This document shows, piece by piece, positions 1 through 11,096 of a stretch of 64,000 nucleotides of DNA (the first letter of the stretch is position 1; every line of letters begins with the position of its first letter). The stretch lies in the IMG/VR virus record IMGVR_UViG_3300028833_000074, positions 88,285 through 152,284 of that record, one strand, 5' to 3'. The DNA comes from a virus (lineage: Duplodnaviria; Caudoviricetes). The notes under the pieces are model-generated. The model saw only the letters and a program-made list of their open reading frames with translations, ran no database searches and was not told the origin of the DNA. Position numbers and translations under genes: made by a program.

Positions 1-51
1 ATCACCTACAGATGCATCAGTATGTAAATGTAAATTTACGAAATTATCCAT
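1..51 (-). CDS. 5' end of a PHP-domain protein, probably family C (DnaE-like) DNA polymerase; runs off the window
   Basis: Reads MDNFVNLHLHTDASVGD after a GGTGA RBS. Matches the F-x-x-L-H-x-H-T-x-x-S-x-x-D start of DnaE/PHP domains. Only 17 codons are visible; neighbours are replication genes. Confidence 0.6.
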   Translation of the reverse strand, partial: MDNFVNLHLHTDASVGD

Positions 52-60
52 ACTCTCACC

Positions 61-261
61 TTAAAATTTGGCTATATCTTTAATCCCAAATAAAATATCT
101 GGTTCCGGAAAATCAATACAAGTAATTTCATTATTGATATCTCGATGAACTACAATGCCATATTTAGCAGTTTCAACTGTAACCGAATTTTTACTTGGGA
201 TTTTATATATAGACCATATATCATTTGTTTGATTATATATAATATCGTACTTTTGCATCAT
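61..261 (-). CDS. small hypothetical protein (DUF2283-like)
   Basis: Coupled ORF; weak resemblance only (Y-x-x-x-x-D...GIVVHRDINNEITCIDF). Confidence 0.5.
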   Translation of the reverse strand: MMQKYDIIYNQTNDIWSIYKIPSKNSVTVETAKYGIVVHRDINNEITCIDFPEPDILFGIKDIAKF

Positions 262-1154
262 TTTTTATTCCCTTTAGCATTTGCTTTTGGGAATATTAAA
301 TCATACACTTTATCATATTGTAAATCAATTGTTTCTTCTTTATTATTTGCGCTCATAAATACTTGTTTTTTACCAACAGAGAAGATATTAGACCTATCTT
401 TTCTAATAGTTGCAACATAATCTTCTACATTAACATCTTCTACACTTGGTATTTTTTCGATTGTTAATCTCATAGAACATTCATCTATAAGTCTTTGTTT
501 AACAGAAGATAAATCCTTACCTTGCTCTACAAGTTCTGGTATAAAATCAGAATGAGTTACATAAATGACCGGAGTATCAAGACTCATGAATGCTGAAGTA
601 CATTCTCTAAAAAATTTATTTCTAATTTTCCATACACTTAATTGTGCGCCTTGGTCAGCATCAAGATTCTTTTCTAATCTCATTCTTGCTTCAGCATATT
701 CAAGTAAAAATGAAACACCATCAAGAATAACACCCTTAACATGAATATCTTGTTCTAATGCTTGTCTAACTGCTTCGGCTGCAGATGTAACATTATTAAC
801 AATAGTTTCTTCATCCTTAACAGTTGCACCTTTCTCATTTTCGGTAAAAGCATCTGGATTATATATTCTAATATTACCAGATTGATATTCATCTAAATAA
901 AATGATTGAATGATTTCTTCACCGCTATTATCAACACTAATATAAACAATAATTTCATCATCCTTTAAATCATAAGTTAATAAATAAAGTGCTAAAGAAG
1001 TTTTACCAGTACCATTCTCACCACTTAATAATATTTTCTTATTAATTTTATCATTTATCTTTTGTTTTTTTGCATCAAAAATTTGTCCAAAAATCTCATC
1101 CTTCATTGATTCTTTTGGTTTACGTGTTTTCTCTCCCATATTACGAATTCCCAT
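258..1154 (-). CDS. P-loop ATPase, AAA_24/Sak4-like recombination protein
   Basis: Walker A GENGTGKT, Walker B VILDGVS, VIYVTH motif. Confidence 0.75.
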   Translation of the reverse strand: MGIRNMGEKTRKPKESMKDEIFGQIFDAKKQKINDKINKKILLSGENGTGKTSLALYLLTYDLKDDEIIVYISVDNSGEEIIQSFYLDEYQSGNIRIYNPDAFTENEKGATVKDEETIVNNVTSAAEAVRQALEQDIHVKGVILDGVSFLLEYAEARMRLEKNLDADQGAQLSVWKIRNKFFRECTSAFMSLDTPVIYVTHSDFIPELVEQGKDLSSVKQRLIDECSMRLTIEKIPSVEDVNVEDYVATIRKDRSNIFSVGKKQVFMSANNKEETIDLQYDKVYDLIFPKANAKGNKK

Positions 1155-1344
1155 AGTTTTCCACCTCTTTCATTAATTTTAATAGTCTTGTTTCTTTCTG
1201 TTCTATAATAGTTTTAAGTTTAATTTTCACAAAGATATCTGAAATGTTATTATAATCTTGCACCAGAATCTTGATATCATTAGTCAGAGTTGTCATCTGT
1301 CTGTGCAACTCTTGTGAATAAGGACTTTCGCTCAACATAATCAT
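1141..1344 (-). CDS. hypothetical protein
   Basis: ORF in a coupled operon. Confidence 0.55.
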   Translation of the reverse strand: MIMLSESPYSQELHRQMTTLTNDIKILVQDYNNISDIFVKIKLKTIIEQKETRLLKLMKEVENYGNS

Positions 1345-1504
1345 CTGTAATTGTATTCAGTTCATCAATAATAATCCCCTTTGTAATGATATGTCTCGCT
1401 ACGACTAAATCATTTTCAAGAATTTGAATTCGAGAACGCACTTCTCGAGTGCGTATCTCAAATAAAGTATAAGGGTTTGATAAATCTTCTGGGGTATATC
1501 CCAT
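1280..1504 (-). CDS. hypothetical protein
   Basis: ORF in a coupled operon. Confidence 0.55.
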   Translation of the reverse strand: MGYTPEDLSNPYTLFEIRTREVRSRIQILENDLVVARHIITKGIIIDELNTITDDYVERKSLFTRVAQTDDNSD

Positions 1505-2463
1505 TATAAATCATCCTCAATTGGTAAAAATCCACCACAATTGTACCTTAAAGTACCATCTCTACGTGGTGTAACATTCATAAATAAGATACCATCAATA
1601 CCATCGGTAATGTTTAATCCAGCAAAAGATGTTGGATGCACCCATACGATAAAGTCATCATCTTCTGTTTCAAAGTTGATTGAGATATCTCTTGTTGGGT
1701 CTTCATTAGGGAAGATATCCATACAAGTTGCTCTAACACCAATAAAAGCGTTTTTATCGTATTTTTTATCTTCAAGGTATTTTAATCCATCAATCATACT
1801 GTCAAATATGATATCTCCAAAGAATTGTTCAACATATCCAAGATAAATTTTAACTGCATCTTCATCATATGCATCTACATCTTCAAGAACAGTTGCCCCA
1901 TTGAAATAAAGAATGTTTGCGTTTTTAACAAGTTGACCAGATTTTTTACCTTCTTTAAAAGTAAATTTGGATTCTTTACAAACCGGTAATACTTTGTCCA
2001 TTGCATAACTACCGATTGATACATCTCTTGCGACAATACCTTCATCGGTTTGGAAGATACCTACAGCACTACCATAAATTGCTTTCTTATCAATGACTTC
2101 ACCTTTACTAAATCCTTGGGTATGAATATATTCGCCTTGTTCATTAGCCATACCCTTTTTGATAGCATTTTCAAGACCATTTTCCTTGACATATCTGTCT
2201 ACTTGGTTCCAAGCATAAAGATTGTATTCTTGGTCTGGGAATCTCATGATAATGAAACCATCCATTCTTTGACCAGATTGCACTAATCTTCTTAAACTAC
2301 CACGTGTTTTTCTCAAAGAACGAATTATTTTCTTGTTTTCATCCATGTCTTCTGGCATACCTTCAAAAATTTCTTGATAGATTCTTTCCATTTCTGATTC
2401 ATTTATACCATGTTTTTCCGCAAATTCTTGATTTTTTTGTTTCTCTGTGTCAATACTACTCAT
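1504..2463 (-). CDS. hypothetical protein, possibly an ssDNA-binding (OB-fold) protein
   Basis: Start reassigned to ATG at 2463 after AGGAGGT. Acidic, beta-rich C-terminal half; lies upstream of the Sak4-like ATPase. Function inferred from context. Confidence 0.5.
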   Translation of the reverse strand: MSSIDTEKQKNQEFAEKHGINESEMERIYQEIFEGMPEDMDENKKIIRSLRKTRGSLRRLVQSGQRMDGFIIMRFPDQEYNLYAWNQVDRYVKENGLENAIKKGMANEQGEYIHTQGFSKGEVIDKKAIYGSAVGIFQTDEGIVARDVSIGSYAMDKVLPVCKESKFTFKEGKKSGQLVKNANILYFNGATVLEDVDAYDEDAVKIYLGYVEQFFGDIIFDSMIDGLKYLEDKKYDKNAFIGVRATCMDIFPNEDPTRDISINFETEDDDFIVWVHPTSFAGLNITDGIDGILFMNVTPRRDGTLRYNCGGFLPIEDDL

Positions 2464-2515
2464 AAATTTTACCTCCTTTAAAATTGATTGACATATTAAT
2501 ATATCCACTTAATCA

Positions 2516-2539
2516 TATATAAATGTTGTGGTTTATATA
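2516..2539. promoter_or_regulatory. divergent archaeal TATA boxes
   Basis: TTTATATA on minus (2516-2523) and on plus (2532-2539), between divergent genes. Confidence 0.6.
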
Positions 2540-2690
2540 TGTTAGAAAAACAAGTATTATTATGGATAGCAGAGAAAACTTTTATATTAATAATTATGCT
2601 TTTTTTGGGTCTACAACGCAAAAACATTGTGGATTAAGCAATCAAGAAAGCAAGGCTATCAAGGAAAAATATAAGAAAAGAGGAGTATAT

Positions 2691-3158
2691 ATGCTACCGA
2701 TACGAAGAATGGCAGAAGATAAATTACCAAGTAAAAATGGTAAGCAAACAGAATTTAGTGCCATCACTTTCGCAGTATCAAGTTTGGATATTGAAGACCA
2801 AGAAAAAATTATTGAATTGGCAAAAAATATGCCAGAACCGGAGTCTTTAATTGACCAAAGCATAGCAATCCAACAATATAGAGTTAAAGTGGGATTGCAA
2901 AATGAATATGACCAAGGCAGATTGCTTGATACAACTGAAACAGCAATCAGTAATTTAATTAATATGATTCAAGCAAAAAAAACTATATCTGATGGTCAAG
3001 AAGTTAATCTTAATGTGAAAAGCACAATATCTTCATTGATTGATGAAATTGATGACGAAGAGAAAGAAGATATAATTAATATTGATATTGATGAAATTAA
3101 TCGCAAAGAAGCGCTCAAAGAATTAAGATTAAAAGATATTGATAACATTAAAGAATGA
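2691..3158 (+). CDS. hypothetical protein (helical, possibly terminase small subunit-like); start uncertain
   Basis: Plus-strand ORF with an acidic tail; function weakly inferred. Confidence 0.5.
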   Translation: MLPIRRMAEDKLPSKNGKQTEFSAITFAVSSLDIEDQEKIIELAKNMPEPESLIDQSIAIQQYRVKVGLQNEYDQGRLLDTTETAISNLINMIQAKKTISDGQEVNLNVKSTISSLIDEIDDEEKEDIINIDIDEINRKEALKELRLKDIDNIKE

Positions 3159-3167
3159 GGCGATAAC

Positions 3168-3452
3168 ATGGCTGATAATGAGGAAATTTCTAAAGAAGAA
3201 TTTATAAATGAAATGGAAAAATTTGAAAAAGAAACAGCACGTAAAATTTTAGAATTAATGGAAAATGAACAATATATGTTACCGGTAACTGTATTAGGAT
3301 TAATTAGTATTGTACGTGCATTAATTGAAAATTTTGGAAACGAAGCATTAAGAGAAGAAGCAACTCATTTCCTTAATTTAGATACAAGCAAATTACACGA
3401 AATGTCATCTGATATTCCAGAAGCGGATGATATTGTTAAAGAAGAAGAATAA
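3168..3452 (+). CDS. acidic hypothetical protein
   Basis: GAGG RBS; followed by a hairpin. Confidence 0.65.
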   Translation: MADNEEISKEEFINEMEKFEKETARKILELMENEQYMLPVTVLGLISIVRALIENFGNEALREEATHFLNLDTSKLHEMSSDIPEADDIVKEEE

Positions 3453-3454
3453 AT

Positions 3455-3487
3455 AAAAAAAAGCCCACCTAAAAAGGTGGGCCAAAA
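3455..3487. terminator. hairpin terminator between convergent genes
   Basis: GCCCACC/GGTGGGC stem flanked by A runs (U-tail on minus). Confidence 0.65.
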
Positions 3488-3503
3488 AGGAATAACAAAT
3501 GAG

Positions 3504-3719
3504 TTAACATGATTTAATAACTTGTAAACTTGTTTTAAATTGATAAGTATCAATTAATTGTCTATTAAAAATTTTATATTTATGAACAATATATAAATTA
3601 TCTTTTTTTGTAATAATATAAGCAATATTATTATCCTTATAATATATTAATTCATATTTATCAATAGTATCAAAATCATCTTTTTTTAAACTACGATTAA
3701 AAACTATCATTGTACACAC
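3504..3719 (-). CDS. hypothetical protein
   Basis: ORF downstream of the tRNA. Confidence 0.45.
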   Translation of the reverse strand: MCTMIVFNRSLKKDDFDTIDKYELIYYKDNNIAYIITKKDNLYIVHKYKIFNRQLIDTYQFKTSLQVIKSC

Positions 3720-3729
3720 ATCTTATCAA

Positions 3730-3802
3730 AGCTACATGAGAGACTTGAACTCTCGACATCCAGATTACAAGTCTGGCGGTCTACCAACTAACCTAATGTA
3801 GC
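3730..3802 (-). tRNA. trnT: tRNA-Thr(TGT)
   Basis: Cloverleaf GCTACAT/ATGTAGC, anticodon arm CCAGA-CT TGT AA-TCTGG, T arm GAGAG TTCAAGT CTCTC; no encoded CCA. Confidence 0.93.
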
Positions 3803-3816
3803 ATAGGTGGTGTTAA

Positions 3817-3986
3817 TTTTACTTCTTAACCCAAGAAGACTTTTTATGACTCTTATATACGAATGTGGGGGTAAAAATATATAAGTCTTGTCAGTAGGAC
3901 GATATTATGAGTCTTTTTACTTCTCTACTTCAGAAGACTTTTAACGACTCTTATAGTAAAACATAAAAAAACTATAAGTCTTGTCA
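3817..3986 (-). ncRNA. two tandem copies of a structured RNA motif (3817-3893, 3915-3986)
   Basis: Shared TGACAAGACTTATA..TATAAGAGTCR..AAAAGTCTTCT..AGAAGTAAAA with variable loops. Confidence 0.55.
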
Positions 3987-4119
3987 AGGAGTTAAAAAAT
4001 TACAATTTGCAATGAAGTGAAAATTTATAAGCCCCGATTACATAATCCCAAAAAATTAAATCATGATAACTTATTATTATATCCTTTCGGATAACGAGGC
4101 TTATTATATCATGATTAAG

Positions 4120-4192
4120 TCAGTATAAGTGGATTTGCACCACTATCTCCCACCACGTGTATTGGGTGTTTTACTATTAAACTATATACTGA
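4120..4192 (-). tRNA. tRNA-like element/pseudo-tRNA with an aberrant anticodon arm
   Basis: Acceptor TCAGTATA/TATACTGA, D arm GTTT..AAAC, T arm AGTGG TGCAAAT CCACT; anticodon arm only 4 bp with a 10-nt loop. Confidence 0.7.
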
Positions 4193-4324
4193 TTATGTCG
4201 AATGGGGAAAGGAAATGATTTAATGATTAGTACACCTAACAATTGTGCATAGTAAACGAAGGTAAAAAACCCATTCGACATAACGACAGTTGAATTCGAG
4301 AAATGGAGAAATAACATGCTCCAA

Positions 4325-4397
4325 AGCCACAGACCGGAATCGAACCGGCACTCTACGACTTACGAAGTCGTCGCATTGCCAATTATGCTACTGTGGC
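4325..4397 (-). tRNA. trnT: tRNA-Thr(CGT)
   Basis: GCCACAG/CTGTGGC, anticodon arm ACGAC-TT CGT AA-GTCGT, T arm GCCGG TTCGATT CCGGT; no CCA. Confidence 0.95.
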
Positions 4398-4407
4398 GGA
4401 CAAAGGC

Positions 4408-4767
4408 TTAAACACCTTCATCCCCAATCATGTCATCAAAGGCATGTTCATCATTACCAGCAATATATCTTGTTCCAGCAGTAATTATACCATCAGTAAT
4501 TTGTGGAGCAGTATACGCTGTAATAGCGGCCACATACCAATTACTGAATAATTCTGGTTGAGAATAGGATAAAGCAATTGCTGCTAATACACCTACAATA
4601 ATAGTTGTAATTGAACCAAGATTAAAACTAATCTCTTTTCCATTACGATAAAATGTAGGCAATACAAAACTACCTTTCATAATGACCAGTCTAAAGATTA
4701 TTGCAATAATTATTGCAACATAAATAGTACTATTCAAAATAGTTCCTCCTACGTATGCTATATACAT
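4408..4767 (-). CDS. membrane protein, holin-like
   Basis: About three hydrophobic segments, 119 aa. Confidence 0.55.
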   Translation of the reverse strand: MYIAYVGGTILNSTIYVAIIIAIIFRLVIMKGSFVLPTFYRNGKEISFNLGSITTIIVGVLAAIALSYSQPELFSNWYVAAITAYTAPQITDGIITAGTRYIAGNDEHAFDDMIGDEGV

Positions 4768-4785
4768 ATATAACTTTTCTTATAT

Positions 4786-7424
4786 TTAAATATTTTGGTT
4801 TTTTAACTCATCACAATCAAATTTCAAATTAGCAAAATTACCATCAATATTCAAAGTGACATGCATAGTATTATTATCATCAATAATAATGTTTTCAACT
4901 TGAATGTTATTAATATTATGGCATCCGCCTAATCTTTGCAATAGATTAGGAAAAAGTATAGATGCCAATTCATTGTTAATAAATTCAAATTCAATACCAC
5001 TTTTTAATCTAACAATCTTGCTGTTATTTTGATTATATTCTTTATGACAAACGATAAATAAATCGTCATCAATAATATCAGTTTGTAACATTATATACCT
5101 TCAAAATATAACTATATTGACTTGGTTCTTCGATACTATTATCTTGTAGGATAAAATTATATGTTTCATTAGTTTTAATTTGGTCATATAATATTTTGGC
5201 ATCACCGCTACCATCATCTAAAATACAAAAAGTATCGCCATCTTCTGTCGCAATAAGATAATAATTCGATTCATGACTATGACTATAAATCTTATTAATG
5301 ACAAGGTCTTGTTCTTCTCGAATATGTTTATTGGTAAAGGCTTCATCTGTTAACATTATACCAAAATATAAACCTACAAAAATAATGCTAAATATCACAC
5401 AAAAGCCAATGCAATATTTATATTTTGTCAGAAATTGCATTATTTTTTCGTGCTGCATTTTTCTCACGCTCCAATCTTGCTTGTTCACAAGTAGAACATT
5501 CACTTTTTTTATCAAAATCAAAATTAATAACAAATTTTAATTCTTGTTTTAAATCCGCATCAAGTTGTTGTACACGTTTATTAAACTCTTCTAATACCAT
5601 GTTCTCTAAATGTGTCTCTTCGGCGTCCTTAAAAAAGGTTAAATGATATACAACTTCTTCATCACCATTAATATAATAATTATACCTAATATCTTTTAAT
5701 ATTGTAGTAAAATTATTTTGAATATCATATAAAATATCCATAATAGGTTGATATTTTTTAGAGAGTTGTAAATAATTAATCTCATTTGATACTAATGATT
5801 CAAATAAATCTTGAGTGTGGAATAGCCATAACACTTCATTGCCATTCCAATATTTAAAACGAAATTTATCATTCCTAATATCAATTGTTAAAGATTGTAT
5901 ATTATCAAATTCATCAATATTTTCTGCTCTTATAGAATCATCATACATTAAAACAAGATTAGTTATAAAACCATTTGTATTTAAATAATTTAAAATTTCG
6001 GTTATCTTCTTTATTCTACCTTCACAGCATAAAAAAGCGCAAATACGTAACTCGATAAGAACCATATTAGCATTATACTCTTGAATAAAATACTTATTCA
6101 TTTTCTTCCTCTGATAATATGTCACGAGCCATTAATGCACCCGGATATAAAATGCTTATCATATAGTTATTAAAAGATTGTACATACTCTTGTTGCATAT
6201 TTGGATTTAATATTTTAGAATGGTTTATCATTTTACACGCTCCATATTGTATATATGTATATATAATTTCATTATACTATTTATATGTTACCATTCCCAT
6301 GATATAAATTTGTTTTTCTAAAATATTTTAAGGGATGAAGCAAATGTAATGGAACATCATAAACTTCATGCAAAAAAATATAATATGTTTTGCGTTTCCA
6401 TTTAGGATATATTACCTTCCATTCTTCTACTTGATTGTAATAAAATCGCTTACGTCTTAAACTTTGCTTATGCAATTCTTGGCTTTGCAATGTTAAAAGT
6501 CGTTTGATTTCTAAACGTAACGAATTCATCTCTCGATATTCTTGTATAGATAAAGGATATTTTAAATTGTAATATCGTGATTTAAAATGTAATATTTTCC
6601 GATTAATTTCTTTTTCTCGTTCATAAAATATTTGATTACGACGTGGTCCTCTTTTTTTACCATGATTACCTTTCTTATATCTTTTACCCATTTTTAGACA
6701 TCTCTTTATCTAATTCACGATTGCTTTTTTGCATACAAGATTTAAATCTCTTGCAATCACCGGCTTCGCATTCGATAATAGGGATATCTTTATCTCTTTT
6801 TAAGCAAAAACATATATTATTCTTTAATTTTTCAAGTGTATTCTTTTTTACCATTTTGTCACCCCATATTTTTGAATTTTAATAATTGCATTATACATAT
6901 AATCAATATTACGTTGATTAGTAAAAACTGTAAAAGAATCTTGATTAATCTGAACATCTTCTTTTCTTACGCCACCTTGACCAATATCAATCTCTTCACC
7001 ATCCATCATATAAACTGTGATGAGTGGGTATTTAGATAATAAGCCGGAGAAATAAGAAGACATACTACTTTCGTTAATAAGTGATAATAAGTCTTCTTCA
7101 GACATCGCTATCATCCACCCATGTATAATAAAATGCCACATGAAATCTGCTGTCTAATCCATATTTATATAATTTATACAATTGCTCATTGGGTACTTTA
7201 TCATATACATACTTTGGATGACTATCAAAATGCATGATATTATAATAATCTCTATATTGATACTCGGTCTCTTGAGAAATTTCTTTTAAAATTTCAAATT
7301 CATCATCACTTATATGAATTTCTCTATCGCATAATTCAATATTATGTCTTGACATTTTACTTAAATGATTAATCTGTATTTGATGATTTAAAATTAACTT
7401 TAGTATATACATAAAATCACCCAA
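4786..7424 (-). other. run of hypothetical CDSs (4786-5091, 5078-5458, 5418-6125, 6281-6691 highly basic, 6848-7141, 7098-7424)
   Basis: Co-directional overlapping ORFs. Confidence 0.6.
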
Positions 7425-7995
7425 ATATCACATCTTTAATAATCTGATTAAACTGTTCCATTGTAATATTATCATTGAAATGCATCTGTGATAAATGATG
7501 CACCATTGCAACAGTTCTATATAAGTCACCATCATTATTGATATGGATATCAATTTCAGATTCCGGTGGTAACATAATAAGACGTGCTAATCGCTCAATA
7601 TACTCATCTGTATCATATAATGTTCTTGAAATTAATACTGTACAAGTAGATACATCATCATCAATATCACAAGTCAATTTAATAAAATTCTTGACATCCA
7701 ACACACCTAATTCATCAACAATATAAATATTAATTTTATCATCTACAAACTGTTCTGGTGTTGTAAAATAAAAATTGCCATCAATAAGTGTGCGAGCGAC
7801 CAAACCTTGTTGATGCATTTTATCCCACATTTTTTCTTCTGTGACAAAAATATGTCCATATTCATCTTCGGACCTTTTTGGTCTTGTTGTGTAAGACATA
7901 ATTGGGTGATAAAGATAAGGATATGTCTGACATAATTTTTTCATGATTGTGGTTTTTCCAGTCATAGATTCTCCACATAATAATAAAATCTTCAT
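7417..7995 (-). CDS. guanylate kinase-like protein
   Basis: GESMTGKT P-loop; SYTTRPKRSEDE and HIFVT motifs. Confidence 0.85.
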   Translation of the reverse strand: MKILLLCGESMTGKTTIMKKLCQTYPYLYHPIMSYTTRPKRSEDEYGHIFVTEEKMWDKMHQQGLVARTLIDGNFYFTTPEQFVDDKINIYIVDELGVLDVKNFIKLTCDIDDDVSTCTVLISRTLYDTDEYIERLARLIMLPPESEIDIHINNDGDLYRTVAMVHHLSQMHFNDNITMEQFNQIIKDVIFG

Positions 7996-8104
7996 ATTAT
8001 TACCTCATCATACATTCAAGTTTATATAAAATCGCAAGCAATAAAAAACCTACGAATATCAATAAGAAAAAACCTTGATACATCATTTTTGTTTTCAATC
8101 TCCA

Positions 8105-8620
8105 TTATAATATAATTTCACCATTTAAATATTTTTCACGCAATTCTTCTGGCCACCAGATATCATAACTATTTACCATATCATCTTGCTCATAATAACA
8201 TGTATATGCAATATCTGCATCAGCATCATATAAGCAAGGTGTTGCCCAGATAGATACAATACAAAAATCATATGGAAAATTATCATAAATTTCACATATT
8301 TCACCATCTTGTAACATTTGTGCTTTAGTATAAAACCAATCTTCAGCCAAGCCAACCCATGCATTTTTAATATTATGTCTACGACATAATTTAATAGCAT
8401 ATTTAAAATCAAAAACCTTAAAAGGCTTACCTAATTGATAAAAAACTTGCGCAGTAAATAAAGAAATATCTTGTGGTGTAACTCGTGTTAAATCAATCTT
8501 CCTTCCTTTCATATAGATAACGCTCCTTTGTGTCATTTGGCCACCATGCTTTTGCATGTTTATCCCAGTCAAAGTTGTAAGTTTCATAATAACATTCATA
8601 TGCAATCTCTGCATCTTCAT
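8105..8620 (-). CDS. hypothetical protein, paralog of 8493-8942 (true start probably nearer 8512)
   Basis: Shares KPFKV, VGLAEDW, WATPCLYD and WWP with the neighbour. Confidence 0.7.
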   Translation of the reverse strand: MKMQRLHMNVIMKLTTLTGINMQKHGGQMTQRSVIYMKGRKIDLTRVTPQDISLFTAQVFYQLGKPFKVFDFKYAIKLCRRHNIKNAWVGLAEDWFYTKAQMLQDGEICEIYDNFPYDFCIVSIWATPCLYDADADIAYTCYYEQDDMVNSYDIWWPEELREKYLNGEIIL

Positions 8621-8942
8621 CGTACAAACAAGGTGTTGCCCATCGAGATGCTAAACAATAACCATATGGTACATTTACACCATAGTCATATGGTATACCA
8701 TAGTCAAGCAAAGCGCTACATGTAGGCATCCAATCTTCAGCCAAACCTACAGAAGCATTTATAATATCATGTTCGATGCATAAATCCACAACTTGTTCCC
8801 AATATAAAACTTTAAAGGGTTTATCATTATAGGTACTAATCATATTTTGTAATTCACCTTCAAAAGGATTAGCCTCATATGTTAACTGTATTATTTTATC
8901 CATCATTATCACCCCATTTCCAACCATATAAAAATACATCAT
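8493..8942 (-). CDS. hypothetical protein, paralog of 8105-8620
   Basis: Same motifs as the neighbour. Confidence 0.7.
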   Translation of the reverse strand: MMYFYMVGNGVIMMDKIIQLTYEANPFEGELQNMISTYNDKPFKVLYWEQVVDLCIEHDIINASVGLAEDWMPTCSALLDYGIPYDYGVNVPYGYCLASRWATPCLYDEDAEIAYECYYETYNFDWDKHAKAWWPNDTKERYLYERKED

Positions 8943-11051
8943 TAAGTGTGGTATGATACTGATATTGTAAATTTAATTCAAGAGAAATAGTATCTTTTTC
9001 ATCTTTGGTAAACTCTTTATCAGAACAAAACTCAATAACACCATGACCCTTATATTCAACATATTGAATATTCGCATGCATTTTCTTATCAAACCAATAA
9101 ATGATAAAAGTTTTTGATTGAATAAATAAATCCTTGAGATATTCTTCTTCGATGATATAACGTTTTAATAGATATTTTGTATAATTCCCCATCAATTTAT
9201 CAGACATTATTCTTCACCTTGATTGACAAATATCAAATTACAATAGATACTACTAATATTACGAATTGGTACAGTATAATTAGTTTTTGATACATCATCA
9301 GAATATGTTATCGATATAGATTCTGGATGTTTGCCATCCATATCAATAATGCGCATATCATCAAAACTTTGTGAATCTAAAAAAAACATACTATTGTGTA
9401 AACCTAATTCAATTTCAAAATCACAACAATTTTTAGCAGAATTAATTACTTGTATTAAATTTTCAATATCCTTTCTTGTTACACTATGAATATCATTTCT
9501 ACTAATATCTATATTATTAAAATTTTCTTTCATTCCAGAAAAATATTTTCTAAAATTTTCCAACACTATCTCATCTCCTTTGTAATTGTATTTAAATAAT
9601 AAACAACGACATCTTTCATCTCTTCTTTTATTAAAGGTAAATCAACATTTTTATCTTTAATGAAATCATTATAAAAATCAAAAGATTCTTCAATTTCATG
9701 AAAGATGTCTTCAGTTGTTATTGGCGCATCAATAATGTCAGATAACATTTTTGATATATTTTGCACCAATAAAATTCCAATATCATTTTCATCTTTATTA
9801 TATTGCTTAATGGTATTAAGTATCAATACCATTCGCTGTTGGTCAGTTAATATCATATTATTCTTTTGCCAAACGATATTTTGTTCTGCCATCTTTTGTC
9901 TTGTTAGTTAAGAACAAAGAACTGCCGGCAAGCAAGGAAGAAACCTTTTGCTTACTTGGTGCGCCACCGACAAAACTAAAAGGTCCTTTTCTTAAATATC
10001 CAACGATATTTTCAATATCGGCTTCTGTAAAAAAATATAAATATGATTCAACATAACATTTAATTCTATCATTTTCGCTACTCACCATAATATCTTATCC
10101 CCTTACAATAATTTCATTATTGTTTAATCTTGTGCATATTTGTTCCATTTCTTCTTGCACTAAAGATTTTGTATCAGCATTAAATTTCATCTCAACAATG
10201 TCTTTGTGTTTAACCATATCAGTAATCAACATGCGTTGACCACGAATAACAATTTGGTATCTTGCACTATCATTAAGAAAATCATCTATCATCGCTTCAA
10301 CATTAATTTTGCATTTCTTCATCTGTATCACCTTGTGAATTATCTTCTGATATAAAAGTTACTATTTGTATATTTATCTTATTATTAACATCAATACCAT
10401 CAATAATATTATCATTAATTAATATATTATAATGACCAAAAAGAATATTATCAAATTTAGCCAAACCACGTTCATCGGTTGTTTGTGTTTGCGTAAATGA
10501 TTCATTTTGAATAACAACATCGATATTAGGTAATAATGTATGCATTCCATTATCAACACCAATGAAAACAACACCTATATTATTATCATAAGTCGCTTCA
10601 TTTAAATTATCATCAGATTCAGTATTTTCAATTTCTTCGCAGATAATATATTCATTAATATCTCTATGTGATAACCACTCTAAAAATTCTGGAATAGTAA
10701 AATCATGAATTGTTAAATCCTTTCCATGTATATTTCCAGATTCACATGCGTTTTTTTTACAACATCTTTTCATTAAATTTCCTCCATATCTAAAATTATA
10801 TAAAATATTACTTCTTTTCTATCATGATGCATTTGTATCTTAAAGGTTTTGATATTACAACATCCAATATATTTGTAAATATCATTAACATCAAAAACCC
10901 TATGCATTTTTTTACGACAGAAAACAATCTTAAAACCACCATTGAAATATTCAATTTTAAAATCTCTTCCAACGTGGTAACCTTGCTCCATTAGAGCATA
11001 TTCAATCGAATCAAAACCTTCTTTGATATTCAATAATTTCACCTCCATCAA
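8896..11051 (-). other. run of small hypothetical CDSs (8896-9207, 9207-9566, 9566-9892, 9858-10088, 10095-10331, 10303-10773 with a prealbumin-like beta domain, 10773-11051)
   Basis: Coupled ORFs downstream of a TATA box at 11081-11088. Confidence 0.6.
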
Positions 11052-11096
11052 GGTATAATATTATATATGACTCGATGTCATATATAAATGTTTCTA

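Noticed and set aside
4290-4484. 64-aa plus-strand ORF
   Set aside because: Antisense to tRNA-Thr(CGT)
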